From assembly GCA_963693055.1 (NCBI GenBank), contig OY843751.1, positions 4,256,001 through 4,320,000 of the forward strand: a stretch of DNA of 64,000 nt, given 5' to 3'. A program made the translations under genes and the position numbers. The stretch is from a bacterium (lineage in GTDB: Bacteria > Zhuqueibacterota > Zhuqueibacteria > Residuimicrobiales > Krinioviventaceae). Positions 18,504 through 29,070 of the stretch are shown here, one piece after another; positions within the stretch are counted from its first letter, which is position 1; every line of letters starts with the position of its first letter. The notes under the pieces were generated by a model. The model was not told where the DNA came from. It did no database searches and worked only from the letters and a program-made list of their open reading frames with translations.

Positions 18504-21500
18504 ATGTTGCCAAAAGATAAAAGTACTTTATTTAATACACTCGCAAATCAGGTAAATACGGTCGTTTTTATCACTTCTGATTCATTCAAAATTTTGGATC
18601 AAAACAAATACGCCAATGACATGCTGGGTTTGGATAATTCAAACAATAAAAAATCATTGCTTGACTATATCCCCGCACTTTCAAAATATGTAGAAAAATT
18701 ATCAACGCTTGAACATTTTACACTTGAAACCGATTTTATTCGTCCTGACCAATCCATATGCAAAGTTCAAATTGAAATCAATTCTTTCAAAGACAGAAAA
18801 AAAACATATTATATTTTTGTCATCAACAAAGAAAATGTAAAATCCTCTGGGTGCGCATGTAAAGATTTTGATATTGTACTAAATATTACCGGTATTCCTG
18901 CGGTAATCATTGAGCAAGACTATACCATCTCACTTGCCAATCCCGAGTTTATTAACTTTTCTGGGTATTCTAAAAAAGAAATAGAAGGACATAAAACCGT
19001 TCTTGACTTTATTTCCCAAAATGATATCAAAAAACTCAAAGCTATGGTAACGGAAAAAACTAATTCAGCGTTTAAGCTGGAAAACCACGAAATCCTGTTT
19101 ATTGATAAAAATCGCAATACCAAAACCATCTATGCGTCCATTGATACTTTGCCGGAAACCGGACAAATGGTTGCATTTTTGCGGGATATAAGTCATCACA
19201 ATACCATCAAAGATTTTTGGTCAAAACAAAAAACGCTTTATAACGCGCTGATTGATAGCGAAAACACAGGCATTATGATATTGACTCGAAACAACAATAT
19301 TAAATTTGTGAATCGTATCATGTCTATTATGCTCGGATTCAAAGCGGAAGCGTTAGAAGGTAAAAGCTTGTCCGAATTTATGGATACCGATCTTTTAACC
19401 AACCCCAGAATCAATCTCTTTGAAAAACCCGAACTGGTATTAAAAACGAAATATGGAAATAAAAAACATTTTATTGTATCAGTTGCACAGGTACAGGAAA
19501 CCCAGGCCAATGCAGATGATAAAATGTTAATCCTGACAGACATTACTGAGCGTAAAAACGTTGAAGAAGCGTTAATGATTGAACAGACCTTGATCAGCTC
19601 TCTCATAGATAATATTCCGGATACAATATATTTCAAAGATAAAAAAAGCAGATTTATCAAAATCAACAAGTCTCATGCCAAAATAATGGGCTTGGAGAAT
19701 GCACATGACGCTATAGGGAAAACCGATTTCGATTTCTTTCCGCAAAACGATGCAGAAAAATACATGATAGACGAACAAAAAATCCTTAAAGAGAATAAAC
19801 TTTTGGTAGACAGAGTTGAAAGAGTTCTCCACGCTGATGGATCGTATCATTGGTACTCTACAATTAAAATTCCTCTGGTTATTAACGGACAAGTATCGGG
19901 CATAGTTGGCTTGTCTCGTGATATTACAGAAATCAAAGAAATGAGTAATGAGCTCGGCAAAAAGAACAAAGAACTCGATATCGCTCTGGCCAAAGCAGAA
20001 ACGGCTACCCAGGCTAAAACAGATTTTTTAGCCAATATGAGTCACGAAATCCGAACACCCATGAATGGTGTTATCGGCATGACCAGTCTCTTGCTTGAGA
20101 CGGAACTCACCAACGAACAAAAAGACTATCTTGAAACTATTCGCAACGGTGGCAATGCTCTGCTGGTACTAATCAATGATATTCTTGATTATTCAAAAAT
20201 AGAATCCGGTAAACTTGATCTTGAATACCGTGAATTTGATCTCAGAGAACGCATTGAGGAATCTCTTGACCTGCAAGCAGCAAATGCAACTCAAAAAGGT
20301 CTTGAACTTGCCTACCTCATTGATGACAATACTCCAACCAATCTCATTGGTGACGAGTTGCGTTTAGGGCAAATTCTGAATAATCTGTTGAGTAACGCAA
20401 TCAAATTCACCCGTGAAGGTGAAGTGGTTGTGCATGTAAGCGCTGAAAAACAGGGACACAATAATTTTAAATATACTTTTGCAGTCAAAGATACCGGTAT
20501 CGGAATCCCTCAGGACCGAATGGATCGTCTTTTTAAATCATTCAGTCAGGTAGACACCTCTACCACACGTAGATACGGTGGGACCGGCCTGGGCCTTGCT
20601 ATCAGCAAACGTCTTTCCGAATTAATGATGGGAAAAATGTGGGTCGAAAGCACTGTCAACAAGGGATCAACCTTTTACTTTTCAGTCCAGGCAGAGACAC
20701 GTGATCCCAGGCCCAAAGTATTTGTTAAAAGTGCAACTTCAAAATTAAAAGATAAACGGTTGCTGATTGTTGACGATAACCAAACCAACCGCACTATTCT
20801 TACCAAACTTGCAGAAAACTGGCAAATGCTGCCACAAAATGCCGAGTCCGCAGAAGAAGCCCTAAGACTTTTGCGTAAAGGATATTTTTATGATCTGGCA
20901 ATACTTGATATGCAAATGCCTGAAATGGATGGGCTGGAACTTGCCAGGATCATCAAATCCGATCCCGACACACGCAACATGCCATTATTTATGCTTACAT
21001 CAATCGGTTGGAAGAGTGAAGAGTTTGAAAAAGAAGGTGTTCAATTACAGGGAATTATGTCAAAACCTGTAAAACAAAACCATCTTTACAACGCACTGGT
21101 CGATCATTTTAAACAGAAACAAACAGTATCACCCAGAACAACAAAAACCGAAAAATCCAAAATAGATCCCAATATGGGAAATTGGCTGCCGCTAAGCATA
21201 CTGGTCGCTGAAGACAATCCCGTAAACCAAAAACTGATCATCCGGTTATTGAACAAAATGGGCTACAAGCCGGATATCGTTCATAATGGATTAGAAGCCA
21301 TCATGGCACTTGAAAGAACCACATACAATGTTATCCTTATGGATGTTCAAATGCCAGAAATGGACGGATTGGAAGCAACCCGTATTATTAAAGAAAAATT
21401 TCCCAACGGCAGCAGACCCCTTATTATTGCCATGACAGCAAATGCAATGCAGGGTGACAGGGAAAAGTGTATAGACTCAGGCATGGATGATTATGTCAGT

Positions 21501-21563
21501 AAACCTATTGACATATCTGAACTGACTAACGCATTATTTAAATGTAAAATATCTGTCAATTGA
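18504..21563 (+). CDS. Cytoplasmic multi-PAS hybrid sensor histidine kinase with two receiver domains
   Basis: PAS repeats, [42 protein letters not shown], two REC domains ([22 protein letters not shown]). Start uncertain; the ORF is open from 18426. Confidence 0.95.
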   Translation: MLPKDKSTLFNTLANQVNTVVFITSDSFKILDQNKYANDMLGLDNSNNKKSLLDYIPALSKYVEKLSTLEHFTLETDFIRPDQSICKVQIEINSFKDRKKTYYIFVINKENVKSSGCACKDFDIVLNITGIPAVIIEQDYTISLANPEFINFSGYSKKEIEGHKTVLDFISQNDIKKLKAMVTEKTNSAFKLENHEILFIDKNRNTKTIYASIDTLPETGQMVAFLRDISHHNTIKDFWSKQKTLYNALIDSENTGIMILTRNNNIKFVNRIMSIMLGFKAEALEGKSLSEFMDTDLLTNPRINLFEKPELVLKTKYGNKKHFIVSVAQVQETQANADDKMLILTDITERKNVEEALMIEQTLISSLIDNIPDTIYFKDKKSRFIKINKSHAKIMGLENAHDAIGKTDFDFFPQNDAEKYMIDEQKILKENKLLVDRVERVLHADGSYHWYSTIKIPLVINGQVSGIVGLSRDITEIKEMSNELGKKNKELDIALAKAETATQAKTDFLANMSHEIRTPMNGVIGMTSLLLETELTNEQKDYLETIRNGGNALLVLINDILDYSKIESGKLDLEYREFDLRERIEESLDLQAANATQKGLELAYLIDDNTPTNLIGDELRLGQILNNLLSNAIKFTREGEVVVHVSAEKQGHNNFKYTFAVKDTGIGIPQDRMDRLFKSFSQVDTSTTRRYGGTGLGLAISKRLSELMMGKMWVESTVNKGSTFYFSVQAETRDPRPKVFVKSATSKLKDKRLLIVDDNQTNRTILTKLAENWQMLPQNAESAEEALRLLRKGYFYDLAILDMQMPEMDGLELARIIKSDPDTRNMPLFMLTSIGWKSEEFEKEGVQLQGIMSKPVKQNHLYNALVDHFKQKQTVSPRTTKTEKSKIDPNMGNWLPLSILVAEDNPVNQKLIIRLLNKMGYKPDIVHNGLEAIMALERTTYNVILMDVQMPEMDGLEATRIIKEKFPNGSRPLIIAMTANAMQGDREKCIDSGMDDYVSKPIDISELTNALFKCKISVN

Positions 21564-21594
21564 AAGATTATTTAATAATTAATAGAGGACTAAA

Positions 21595-21981
21595 ATGCAA
21601 GCAGATCATGTTTTGAACGTTGAAGAGTTATATGAACGTGTAGCAGGTGACGAAGAACTGCTCCAGGAAATCATAGAATTATTCATGGAAGACTATCAAG
21701 AGCATTTGGATAACATCAACACTGCAATAGCAACCAATGATGCAGAAGCGCTGACCAAAGCGGCACATACTTTAAAAGGTGCAGTGGCTACTTTTGCTGC
21801 AGCCAAAGCCAAAGATGCTGCGTTTGTTCTTGAAAAAATGGGTAGAAACAATGATCTCACCGGGGGCTTGGAAGCATATCAAACACTGGTGATCGAGGTT
21901 CAGCATTTAAAAGAAGCTTTATCTCAATTTACAATTCCGGAAGAAATAGAAAAAACACTAGACCACGAAGCAATTTTTTAA
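21595..21981 (+). CDS. Hpt phosphotransfer protein
   Basis: AAHTLKGA motif; GAGGA RBS; directly follows the hybrid kinase. Confidence 0.93.
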   Translation: MQADHVLNVEELYERVAGDEELLQEIIELFMEDYQEHLDNINTAIATNDAEALTKAAHTLKGAVATFAAAKAKDAAFVLEKMGRNNDLTGGLEAYQTLVIEVQHLKEALSQFTIPEEIEKTLDHEAIF

Positions 21982-21987
21982 ATAAAA

Positions 21988-22016
21988 AAAGGCACCGGCT
22001 TAACACTGGTGCCTTT
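21988..22016. terminator. Probable bidirectional intrinsic terminator
   Basis: AAAGGCACCGG-N7-CTGGTGCCTTT with A/T tracts, between the convergent hpt and ROK genes. Confidence 0.8.
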
Positions 22017-22024
22017 ATAAAACT

Positions 22025-23128
22025 CTATTTCGATAATTCGTGCAGCGCAAAGGCATAAGCACCAATAGCTACGGCCTTACTTGTGCCCAGACGGGAAATT
22101 CCCACACCTACACGTTTCAGGGGATCGTATAATATTTTATTATTTTTTCGTGGAACCGTGATCTCTATAACATCACCTTTTACAAAAGCATCCATTTCTT
22201 TATCATCTTCAAGATTATATGCTCTCGATTCCATACGGTTTACCCATTCACCACTATAGGTTGCCATCTTACTGTTCAACTCGGCTACAATACCCGGCAA
22301 CAACAATTCACTGGCACCAGACAAACCACCGCCAATCACTATCAAACCATCTATCAGTATTGAAGTATTTGCAAGCACATCTCCAACAATCTCTGCAAGT
22401 TCATCAAATGCTCTTACAGCAGCTTGTTTATTGCCATCCATCTTGCCTTTGGCAATATCAAATATATCACAAGGTTCAGGAGCGTCTTTAATATCTATAC
22501 CATCAATACGCGCAAAAGTGCCTTTTACACCACGAATACTTGCACCCTCTTCAGCAAATGAATCTAAATGCAGTTTATTGCGCATACTCCATATCTCAAA
22601 CCCGGCAGAATTGTCACCCAAAAACAATTCACCATTCGAAACCATACCACCGCCAAAACCGGTGCCCAGGGTTACTCCAAATATATTTTTATACTGCTTG
22701 GGGCTTCCCGCCGATTTGAGCGTTTCATTTACCTGCGGTAACAATCCTGCAATGGCTTCACCATAAACAAACAGGTCCCCATCATTGTTTATAAATACTG
22801 GCACATTGAATAACGATTCAAGCATAGGTCCCAACGCAACACCTCCGCGAAATCCCGGTAGATTCACCAGATCACCAATAATTCCATTGGGATAATCTGC
22901 AGGCCCGGGAAACGCAAAGCTGATTGCCGCGGGTTTCTGCTCCAGTTTGGATTGGAGCTGGGTAAATCCTTCAATTATCGTATCCAGACATTTTTCAAGA
23001 TCATGCGCATTGGATGGCAGTCTCAAGGGTCCGGCAACCTCCTTGTTTCCCTGAATTGCGGAAAAAACAAAATTGGTGCCTCCGGCATCCAGCGTCATGA
23101 CGATCCGTTTATCGTCATCATATTTCAT
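22025..23128 (-). CDS. ROK-family sugar kinase
   Basis: LDAGGTNF, FPGPADY, VFINNDGD, TLGTGFGGG, GGGLS. Confidence 0.9.
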   Translation of the reverse strand: MKYDDDKRIVMTLDAGGTNFVFSAIQGNKEVAGPLRLPSNAHDLEKCLDTIIEGFTQLQSKLEQKPAAISFAFPGPADYPNGIIGDLVNLPGFRGGVALGPMLESLFNVPVFINNDGDLFVYGEAIAGLLPQVNETLKSAGSPKQYKNIFGVTLGTGFGGGMVSNGELFLGDNSAGFEIWSMRNKLHLDSFAEEGASIRGVKGTFARIDGIDIKDAPEPCDIFDIAKGKMDGNKQAAVRAFDELAEIVGDVLANTSILIDGLIVIGGGLSGASELLLPGIVAELNSKMATYSGEWVNRMESRAYNLEDDKEMDAFVKGDVIEITVPRKNNKILYDPLKRVGVGISRLGTSKAVAIGAYAFALHELSK

Positions 23129-23235
23129 TTGTATAGCACTCCTTTACCTTTGCTTGGTGGTTATAAAAAGCCGGAGAAATTCCCGGTCAAAATTTTCAAC
23201 AATAGCATTTACAAAGATATTTATTCTGAAAAAGT

Positions 23236-23571
23236 CTATTCAGCTAAAAAATCCTCGCGAATGGGTGTAAATGTATCCAATATCAAAACGTCTTCATCAC
23301 CTATAACGGTCACACCATGTTGAACATTTGAAGCAACCAGGTATCCCTCACCGGCCTTTAATTCTTTTTTATCACCGGCAATATTTGCTATCAATTTACC
23401 CTGCAAAATATAACCAGTCTGTTCATGCGGATGACTATGCACCGGCGCATCGGTTCCTGCTTTCAACTCTACAAGAACATGCATTAAATTGCCAATCCAT
23501 ATTTGTTTTCTGCGGGTATTTTCATCCACAGGGATCCATTCCAGTTCGTCCCAATTGAAAAATACGCTCAT
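23236..23571 (-). CDS. Cupin domain protein (KdgF-like)
   Basis: HSHPHEQ...NVQHG...DTFTPIREDF. Confidence 0.88.
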   Translation of the reverse strand: MSVFFNWDELEWIPVDENTRRKQIWIGNLMHVLVELKAGTDAPVHSHPHEQTGYILQGKLIANIAGDKKELKAGEGYLVASNVQHGVTVIGDEDVLILDTFTPIREDFLAE

Positions 23572-25958
23572 GATTCACCTTGATCTTTTTTATCATCAAT
23601 ATTTTCTGTAGTCTTGCGCATTTCACGCGACAGTTTCAGGAATTCATCCGGCATCATCTCTTTAATATAAACCATACCGTGACTTGCACGCATTCTGGGA
23701 TGCTGATTTTCATAAAAGAACTCTCTACCCAGGCAGGTCTTGATATCCAGATATTGTTCTACCATAATCTTACGTGCCAGGCGGGAGAACGGTCCATCCA
23801 GTTCATAACTTGGGAACGATGCATTACGCTGTGACCCAAAACACTTGTCAAACGCATTTTCCAAAACAGCCATAGAATTCAGCGAAACCGGGACCAGTAT
23901 ATTGACATCCGTGGGATGAAAACGGTACCACACATTTCGGTAGCCCCAAACTTTGACATCTTTACGGCCGGTTTTTGCGATATATTCTTTCAAAGATTCT
24001 GCAATAACTTGCAGCACCTTGTAATGCGTATCTGGTCCGCTTGCTTCCGGGTCAAGTGCCACGGTCACTATAGATGGTTGAATTTTCATCATCTGACGGA
24101 GAACCGGCGCCACATCGCGATCTACAGTAGGTTCTTCGGTAAAGATATCACCTTTATAAAATCCCAAACGCATATGATGCACATTGTTATTATTAAAGCC
24201 CAAATATCCCCATAGCAGGTCAGCTTCCCATTCTCTTATCATACCCTTGAATTGTTGAATATAGGGCAGGTCTTTTTTACCGGGATATTGAGATTCAAAA
24301 TACATTTGCAATTCATTGATCCGGTTTTTCAATTGTTTAATGCCCGGTTCTTCAAATAAAAAGATCAAATTTCGTAATAAACGTCGCGCTTCACCTTCAT
24401 TCTGCATGGTCCTGCTATGTGCAGCCACACCATCCAGATATTTATAAACATCACGGTTACGTGCAGTATAATTGTCGTTGTCAAAATAATTTTCACTCAT
24501 CAAATGTTCACAAATGGGTGTATCCATATAAGACAATAACATATTGATCCTGTCAAGCACAAAGCTGTTGGTCACTGCATTAAAACCGCTTGTCATATAT
24601 GTAAAATGATGTTTATTTAAAGGAGTACGAACCAGATGCAAAATATAAGCCCAATACCCCAGCATAATATCATCATGATGCGGTGCAGTATGCAGAAACA
24701 CCTGATTTTCCAGCATTTCCAAACCGCGGTCAATCTTTTGGGTCAAATCATCATGCGTTTGATTTATCAAATCTTTAACTTTGAACTCTCGTTTTTCCAG
24801 CAAATGCGCGGCAAAACGATTGCTCTCAAAGTCCTGTTTATCCAACTCCAACAGACGTTTATTTTTTTCTAAAGCTAGTCCTGTAACAATTTTGCCAATT
24901 TGTTCCTGTGAAACTTTAGCTTTACACAGGTCCGCGTAATTGCGTTCATCCAGTTGAGATGCCGCACCACGGGTCAAATAAAACCGGCTATTCTTCAAAG
25001 ACTGTAATACCGTTGCAGGGTACACATTACATGCCTCTTCCTGCACAGCCTCACGCACAACACGTGCTTTTGCCTCTCCTGCTGCAATAATAATTGCAAC
25101 AGCTTCAGGATTATAAGTTATGGTTGACAAACCAACAGTAATCACTAACCTTTTGCGGGCAACTTCAATCCCCCCCAGATCCGATGCCGCTGCCGCCTGG
25201 GTCTCGTAATTGGTTGCTGTGAGTCGGGTTGTGGAATAGTGATCTGATCCCAGCACATTGAAACCGATATGCCCATCAGGCCCTATGCCTCCCAGGAAGA
25301 ATCCAATCCCTCCCATTTTGCGGATCTTGTCTTCATATTCTGTACAATATTGATCAATATTCTGAATTACTTCTTTTTGAAGCCGTTCCTGGCTGTTACG
25401 ACCCAAACGGGTGCGTAATCCCAAATCAACGACCTCATCGGGAAAAATCTCTTTCATGGTCATACCAGCAGGGATACCGGTATTCCAGGCATCTAACAAC
25501 AGAGCTTTTTTGATATCAAGGCCAAAGCCCTCAATATAATATTTTTTTATATAGTATGAAAAGCTGTTACTTTGTGTAGAATTGATAGGATAAAATTCAT
25601 CAATTTGAACAAATCTTAAATTTTTCGTAGACGGTTTTTTTGCAGGATCAAGACCTGCAGCCTCAAGTTCTTCAGCAACTTTGGCATCGTTCCAGTTTTG
25701 CAGGTAATATACAACCCATTTAATAAAATGTTCAGGGGTTTTACCAGTTGGCAAAGAGATAACCCCCTCGGGGTTCTCACCAATCCATTCTAAAAAACGT
25801 AATGCCGTTAAACGACCTAACGCCGGAAAGTTATCAACCTCAAGTATCCCTATTTTTTCGGTCGGACTGTATTGAAAGCGGCGTTTGCTCGAATCAAGCG
25901 CCATTTGTTCTACTTTGGATTGTAACTTCATATACTCTTTACTCCTCACAGGGTTCAT
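23568..25958 (-). CDS. nagB: Glucosamine-6-phosphate deaminase fused to a PIG-L/LmbE-like domain
   Basis: LPTGKTP, VQIDEFYP, GGIGPDGHIGFN (NagB); APHHDDIMLG, MTSGFNAV, DPEASGPDTH, FPSYE (PIG-L-like). Start set at MNPVRS; the ORF track starts at 26018. Confidence 0.88.
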   Translation of the reverse strand: MNPVRSKEYMKLQSKVEQMALDSSKRRFQYSPTEKIGILEVDNFPALGRLTALRFLEWIGENPEGVISLPTGKTPEHFIKWVVYYLQNWNDAKVAEELEAAGLDPAKKPSTKNLRFVQIDEFYPINSTQSNSFSYYIKKYYIEGFGLDIKKALLLDAWNTGIPAGMTMKEIFPDEVVDLGLRTRLGRNSQERLQKEVIQNIDQYCTEYEDKIRKMGGIGFFLGGIGPDGHIGFNVLGSDHYSTTRLTATNYETQAAAASDLGGIEVARKRLVITVGLSTITYNPEAVAIIIAAGEAKARVVREAVQEEACNVYPATVLQSLKNSRFYLTRGAASQLDERNYADLCKAKVSQEQIGKIVTGLALEKNKRLLELDKQDFESNRFAAHLLEKREFKVKDLINQTHDDLTQKIDRGLEMLENQVFLHTAPHHDDIMLGYWAYILHLVRTPLNKHHFTYMTSGFNAVTNSFVLDRINMLLSYMDTPICEHLMSENYFDNDNYTARNRDVYKYLDGVAAHSRTMQNEGEARRLLRNLIFLFEEPGIKQLKNRINELQMYFESQYPGKKDLPYIQQFKGMIREWEADLLWGYLGFNNNNVHHMRLGFYKGDIFTEEPTVDRDVAPVLRQMMKIQPSIVTVALDPEASGPDTHYKVLQVIAESLKEYIAKTGRKDVKVWGYRNVWYRFHPTDVNILVPVSLNSMAVLENAFDKCFGSQRNASFPSYELDGPFSRLARKIMVEQYLDIKTCLGREFFYENQHPRMRASHGMVYIKEMMPDEFLKLSREMRKTTENIDDKKDQGES

Positions 25959-28188
25959 ATAATTTATATCTATAAAGAAACAATAGTAAAGAAACCAAAC
26001 CACCAATAAACAAGACAAGCAAGCTATTTATAAAGCCATAGAGGGGAATTAATATACCGCTAACTGTCAATGCTCCAGCGGCACCGCCTAAAACATCTGC
26101 CGCATAATAATACCCCCCTGTTCTTTCTTCAGTACGAAAAGATGCCAGGCTGCATAGTCCCGGGAAAAATCCACCGGTAAATGCTCCGGAAGCAAAAACT
26201 ATGAAAAGAAAAAACAATGGTGTATCAAAACGGCCCGATATGAGGATTATCGGCCACATCAGGCCGATTAATAATATAAGCAAAATAAAGTAAAAAAATA
26301 ACACTTTTTTTAACCACTTTTGGCAGGTATATTTTCGCATCCACTGTGCGGCAATCACCAAACCCAGCATATAAATACCAATGGTCAAACCAATCCACTC
26401 ATATATATATCCATACAATACCTGAAAAGCAAAAATCAGTAACAATTCAAGCGCCATACCCGCAAAGCCCGCATAGGTCATGACCAGCATTCCCAGACTG
26501 GATGTACGGATCCCTTTTCCCGCAAAAGCGATACAAACCAATAAAATAAATCCAAAGGTTAAAACACTAAACTGTATTCGGCTAAACGGAATATCTATCA
26601 ACCATTTTAATAATGAATGGGTATCATCCTGGATCTTGTCCCACAATAAATAATCATAATAATAAGCTATAGGAGAAAAGTCGTGATTTGCCCGGACAAC
26701 ATCAGCAGAACTCAATAAAGTATCTAAATCTGCAATCCGTTGTGGCATTAAATATTGCAAAAACATACCGCTGAAAAAATAGTCATGGGTTACTCCCCGT
26801 TCCTGATATCGCTCTGCAAGTGTTTGAGGATTCCTTTGCAGCACATCAAGATTTCCGGATGCAAAAAAAATAGCCTGGTCTCCGGGCAATACCAGTATAT
26901 CTTTAAACTCGGTCCGCAAGTCCTGGTACAATCCTGCATTCAATTGCAATAACTCGTCACCAAGATAATTTTCCGCGGAAGGGAATCCATCAATTACCAA
27001 TATCCCGGCTCGGTTCAATTTTGAATAAACCAATTTAAAAAATTCACGGGTATAATAACGATTACTTTCACCGGTAGCGGGAGCACCTTTTTGAACAACA
27101 ATCAAATCATAACATTCATTTTCACGTTCAATGAACCTGCGTCCGTCCGTAAATAATAGTTTTATATTTTCCTGTTCTACTACCGAATCCAGCATTCCCT
27201 TTGTGTACTGTTTTGACAGTTCAAATGCATCCCGATTTTGTTCTATACATGTGATTTGGAAATCAGTATATCGTCCCACCTCGTTTAAAAGCCCGCTAAA
27301 TGCCCCGCCAATCATCAAGATTTTTTGTGGATTTGGATGTTGATTTATAATCAGTGCGGCCTGTTCCTGTGCACCAATAATATCCGGCAGTTGGGTCAAT
27401 TTTGTTCCATTGTTATATAAAAAATAATCACCAGCCCAATCAATCACACTCAGTTCACCATATCGTGATTGTGTTCCATCTATATAATTCATCCCCTCAC
27501 CAAACATTTGCCAATAATGCTGCATTTGCATTTTATAAAAATGCCGTAGTAGTGGAGACAATAACATGCCAACCAGTAATATAGTAAAAACGAGGAGAGC
27601 TTTGTTGTGGGAAATATAAACCAGGAACACAAAACAGAGGCTAAAAACAATCAGCAATACCTGTAAATTCACAAAAAAACGAAACAGAAACAAACTTGTC
27701 AACAACCCGGCAATGGTACTTCCCAGTGCTTCAAACACATATACACCGGCAATCCCATTGCCAGCTTTATCAATATTACGTGATAATCCTGATAAAAAGG
27801 TAAACATCATCCCTGCAAGCATACAGGGTAAAACCAGGACCAGAAATGCAAAACCTGCCAGGTTGGTGCTGGTAATATATTCTCCATAAGGAACCTTTAA
27901 AAAGAACCTAACAAGCTTGATCGCAAACACTGACAAAAAAACACTGACAAAAAACAAGAATTGCAAAAAATAATTAAAGTGGGCTTGTTTGAAAAGTTGT
28001 GAGTTTATAAATACAGCAATAAAACTTCCGGCAGCTACACAAAGCAGCCAAATAGCCAAAAGGATGCCAAAACAGGATTCATTTCCATAAAAGACTGCGT
28101 AAAACTCTCGCATCAAAACAATTTGTGCGGTTAGCGTTGTAATCCCAGTGATTACAGCAAAGGAATGTAATTTGAACGAATTTGACAT
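25939..28188 (-). CDS. Multi-pass membrane protein fused to a spermidine synthase-like SAM-dependent domain
   Basis: QIVLMREF..FYGNE, VYVFEALGS, ILMIGGAFSG, DGRRF, YYTREFF, FQVLYGYIY, YAADVLGG. Confidence 0.85.
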   Translation of the reverse strand: MSNSFKLHSFAVITGITTLTAQIVLMREFYAVFYGNESCFGILLAIWLLCVAAGSFIAVFINSQLFKQAHFNYFLQFLFFVSVFLSVFAIKLVRFFLKVPYGEYITSTNLAGFAFLVLVLPCMLAGMMFTFLSGLSRNIDKAGNGIAGVYVFEALGSTIAGLLTSLFLFRFFVNLQVLLIVFSLCFVFLVYISHNKALLVFTILLVGMLLSPLLRHFYKMQMQHYWQMFGEGMNYIDGTQSRYGELSVIDWAGDYFLYNNGTKLTQLPDIIGAQEQAALIINQHPNPQKILMIGGAFSGLLNEVGRYTDFQITCIEQNRDAFELSKQYTKGMLDSVVEQENIKLLFTDGRRFIERENECYDLIVVQKGAPATGESNRYYTREFFKLVYSKLNRAGILVIDGFPSAENYLGDELLQLNAGLYQDLRTEFKDILVLPGDQAIFFASGNLDVLQRNPQTLAERYQERGVTHDYFFSGMFLQYLMPQRIADLDTLLSSADVVRANHDFSPIAYYYDYLLWDKIQDDTHSLLKWLIDIPFSRIQFSVLTFGFILLVCIAFAGKGIRTSSLGMLVMTYAGFAGMALELLLIFAFQVLYGYIYEWIGLTIGIYMLGLVIAAQWMRKYTCQKWLKKVLFFYFILLILLIGLMWPIILISGRFDTPLFFLFIVFASGAFTGGFFPGLCSLASFRTEERTGGYYYAADVLGGAAGALTVSGILIPLYGFINSLLVLFIGGLVSLLLFLYRYKLYEPCEE

Positions 28189-28248
28189 GTCCTGACCAGA
28201 TTGATTATATTGATTAAATTTACAACCTTTGAGGACATTTCAAATAAA

Positions 28249-28282
28249 AAAGGCCCGTGATTACTCTAAATCACAGGCCTTT
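28249..28282. terminator. Probable intrinsic terminator downstream of the thioredoxin gene
   Basis: AAAGGCCCGTGATT-N6-AATCACAGGCCTTT with flanking A/T tracts. Confidence 0.7.
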
Positions 28283-28305
28283 CTTTTATATATTATATAC
28301 AATTA

Positions 28306-28830
28306 TCAGGATTTTTCACCACAATCCTGATTTTTCACATAATCTTCAAATGAAACATCTTTTTCCCAGCATCTATCATCAATAAAATTCAAAATTTGCA
28401 AAAACATATCCGCTTCAACATATCCTGGCACCAGCGTAATGATATCACCATTGCTATCCAGAAATGCCAGTGAAGGAAAACCGGTCACTCCAAACGCTTG
28501 TGTCAACTGTGGATTGGTATAGGTTTGTTCCTTGTAAACTACAGACTGTGCTCTGTCTTCTGCGTTCAGCTTTACCGTTACAAAGCGTTCAGATAGTTTT
28601 TTAGCTACGGCATCATCCTGAAATGTCTTTTCATCCATTACTTTACACCAATGACACCAATCTGCGTAAAAATCAACCAGAATCATCTTTTTTTCTTTTT
28701 CAGCTTTGGATAAACCATCGTTAAAACCCTTCCAATTTTTACCCTCTGCCGCACCAGAAACACCTGTAAAAGCCAGAAATGTGATCAACATCAACCCGGC
28801 AATCATAAATTTTTGTTTATTGGTATACAT
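28306..28830 (-). CDS. Exported thioredoxin-family protein (SoxW-like)
   Basis: Signal peptide, VDFYADWCHWCK, FGVTGFPS. Confidence 0.9.
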   Translation of the reverse strand: MYTNKQKFMIAGLMLITFLAFTGVSGAAEGKNWKGFNDGLSKAEKEKKMILVDFYADWCHWCKVMDEKTFQDDAVAKKLSERFVTVKLNAEDRAQSVVYKEQTYTNPQLTQAFGVTGFPSLAFLDSNGDIITLVPGYVEADMFLQILNFIDDRCWEKDVSFEDYVKNQDCGEKS

Positions 28831-29070
28831 AATATTTCTCCATCAATTGAATATAATTGGACTGTTATCTGTTCTCAGTAATTAGATGCATAAAACACAA
28901 AAAAAATTCAAAATATTTGAGCAATGTTGTTTTTTTCTCCAGATTACTAATAATTAAAATAAAAAACAAAAACTGCTTGTTATTCTATTCCTTACAGATT
29001 AAATTATTTATTATGCTCAGTAGTATACAACAGAATTTCTCCAACCTTGCAAGCCCACAGGGAGTATTAA

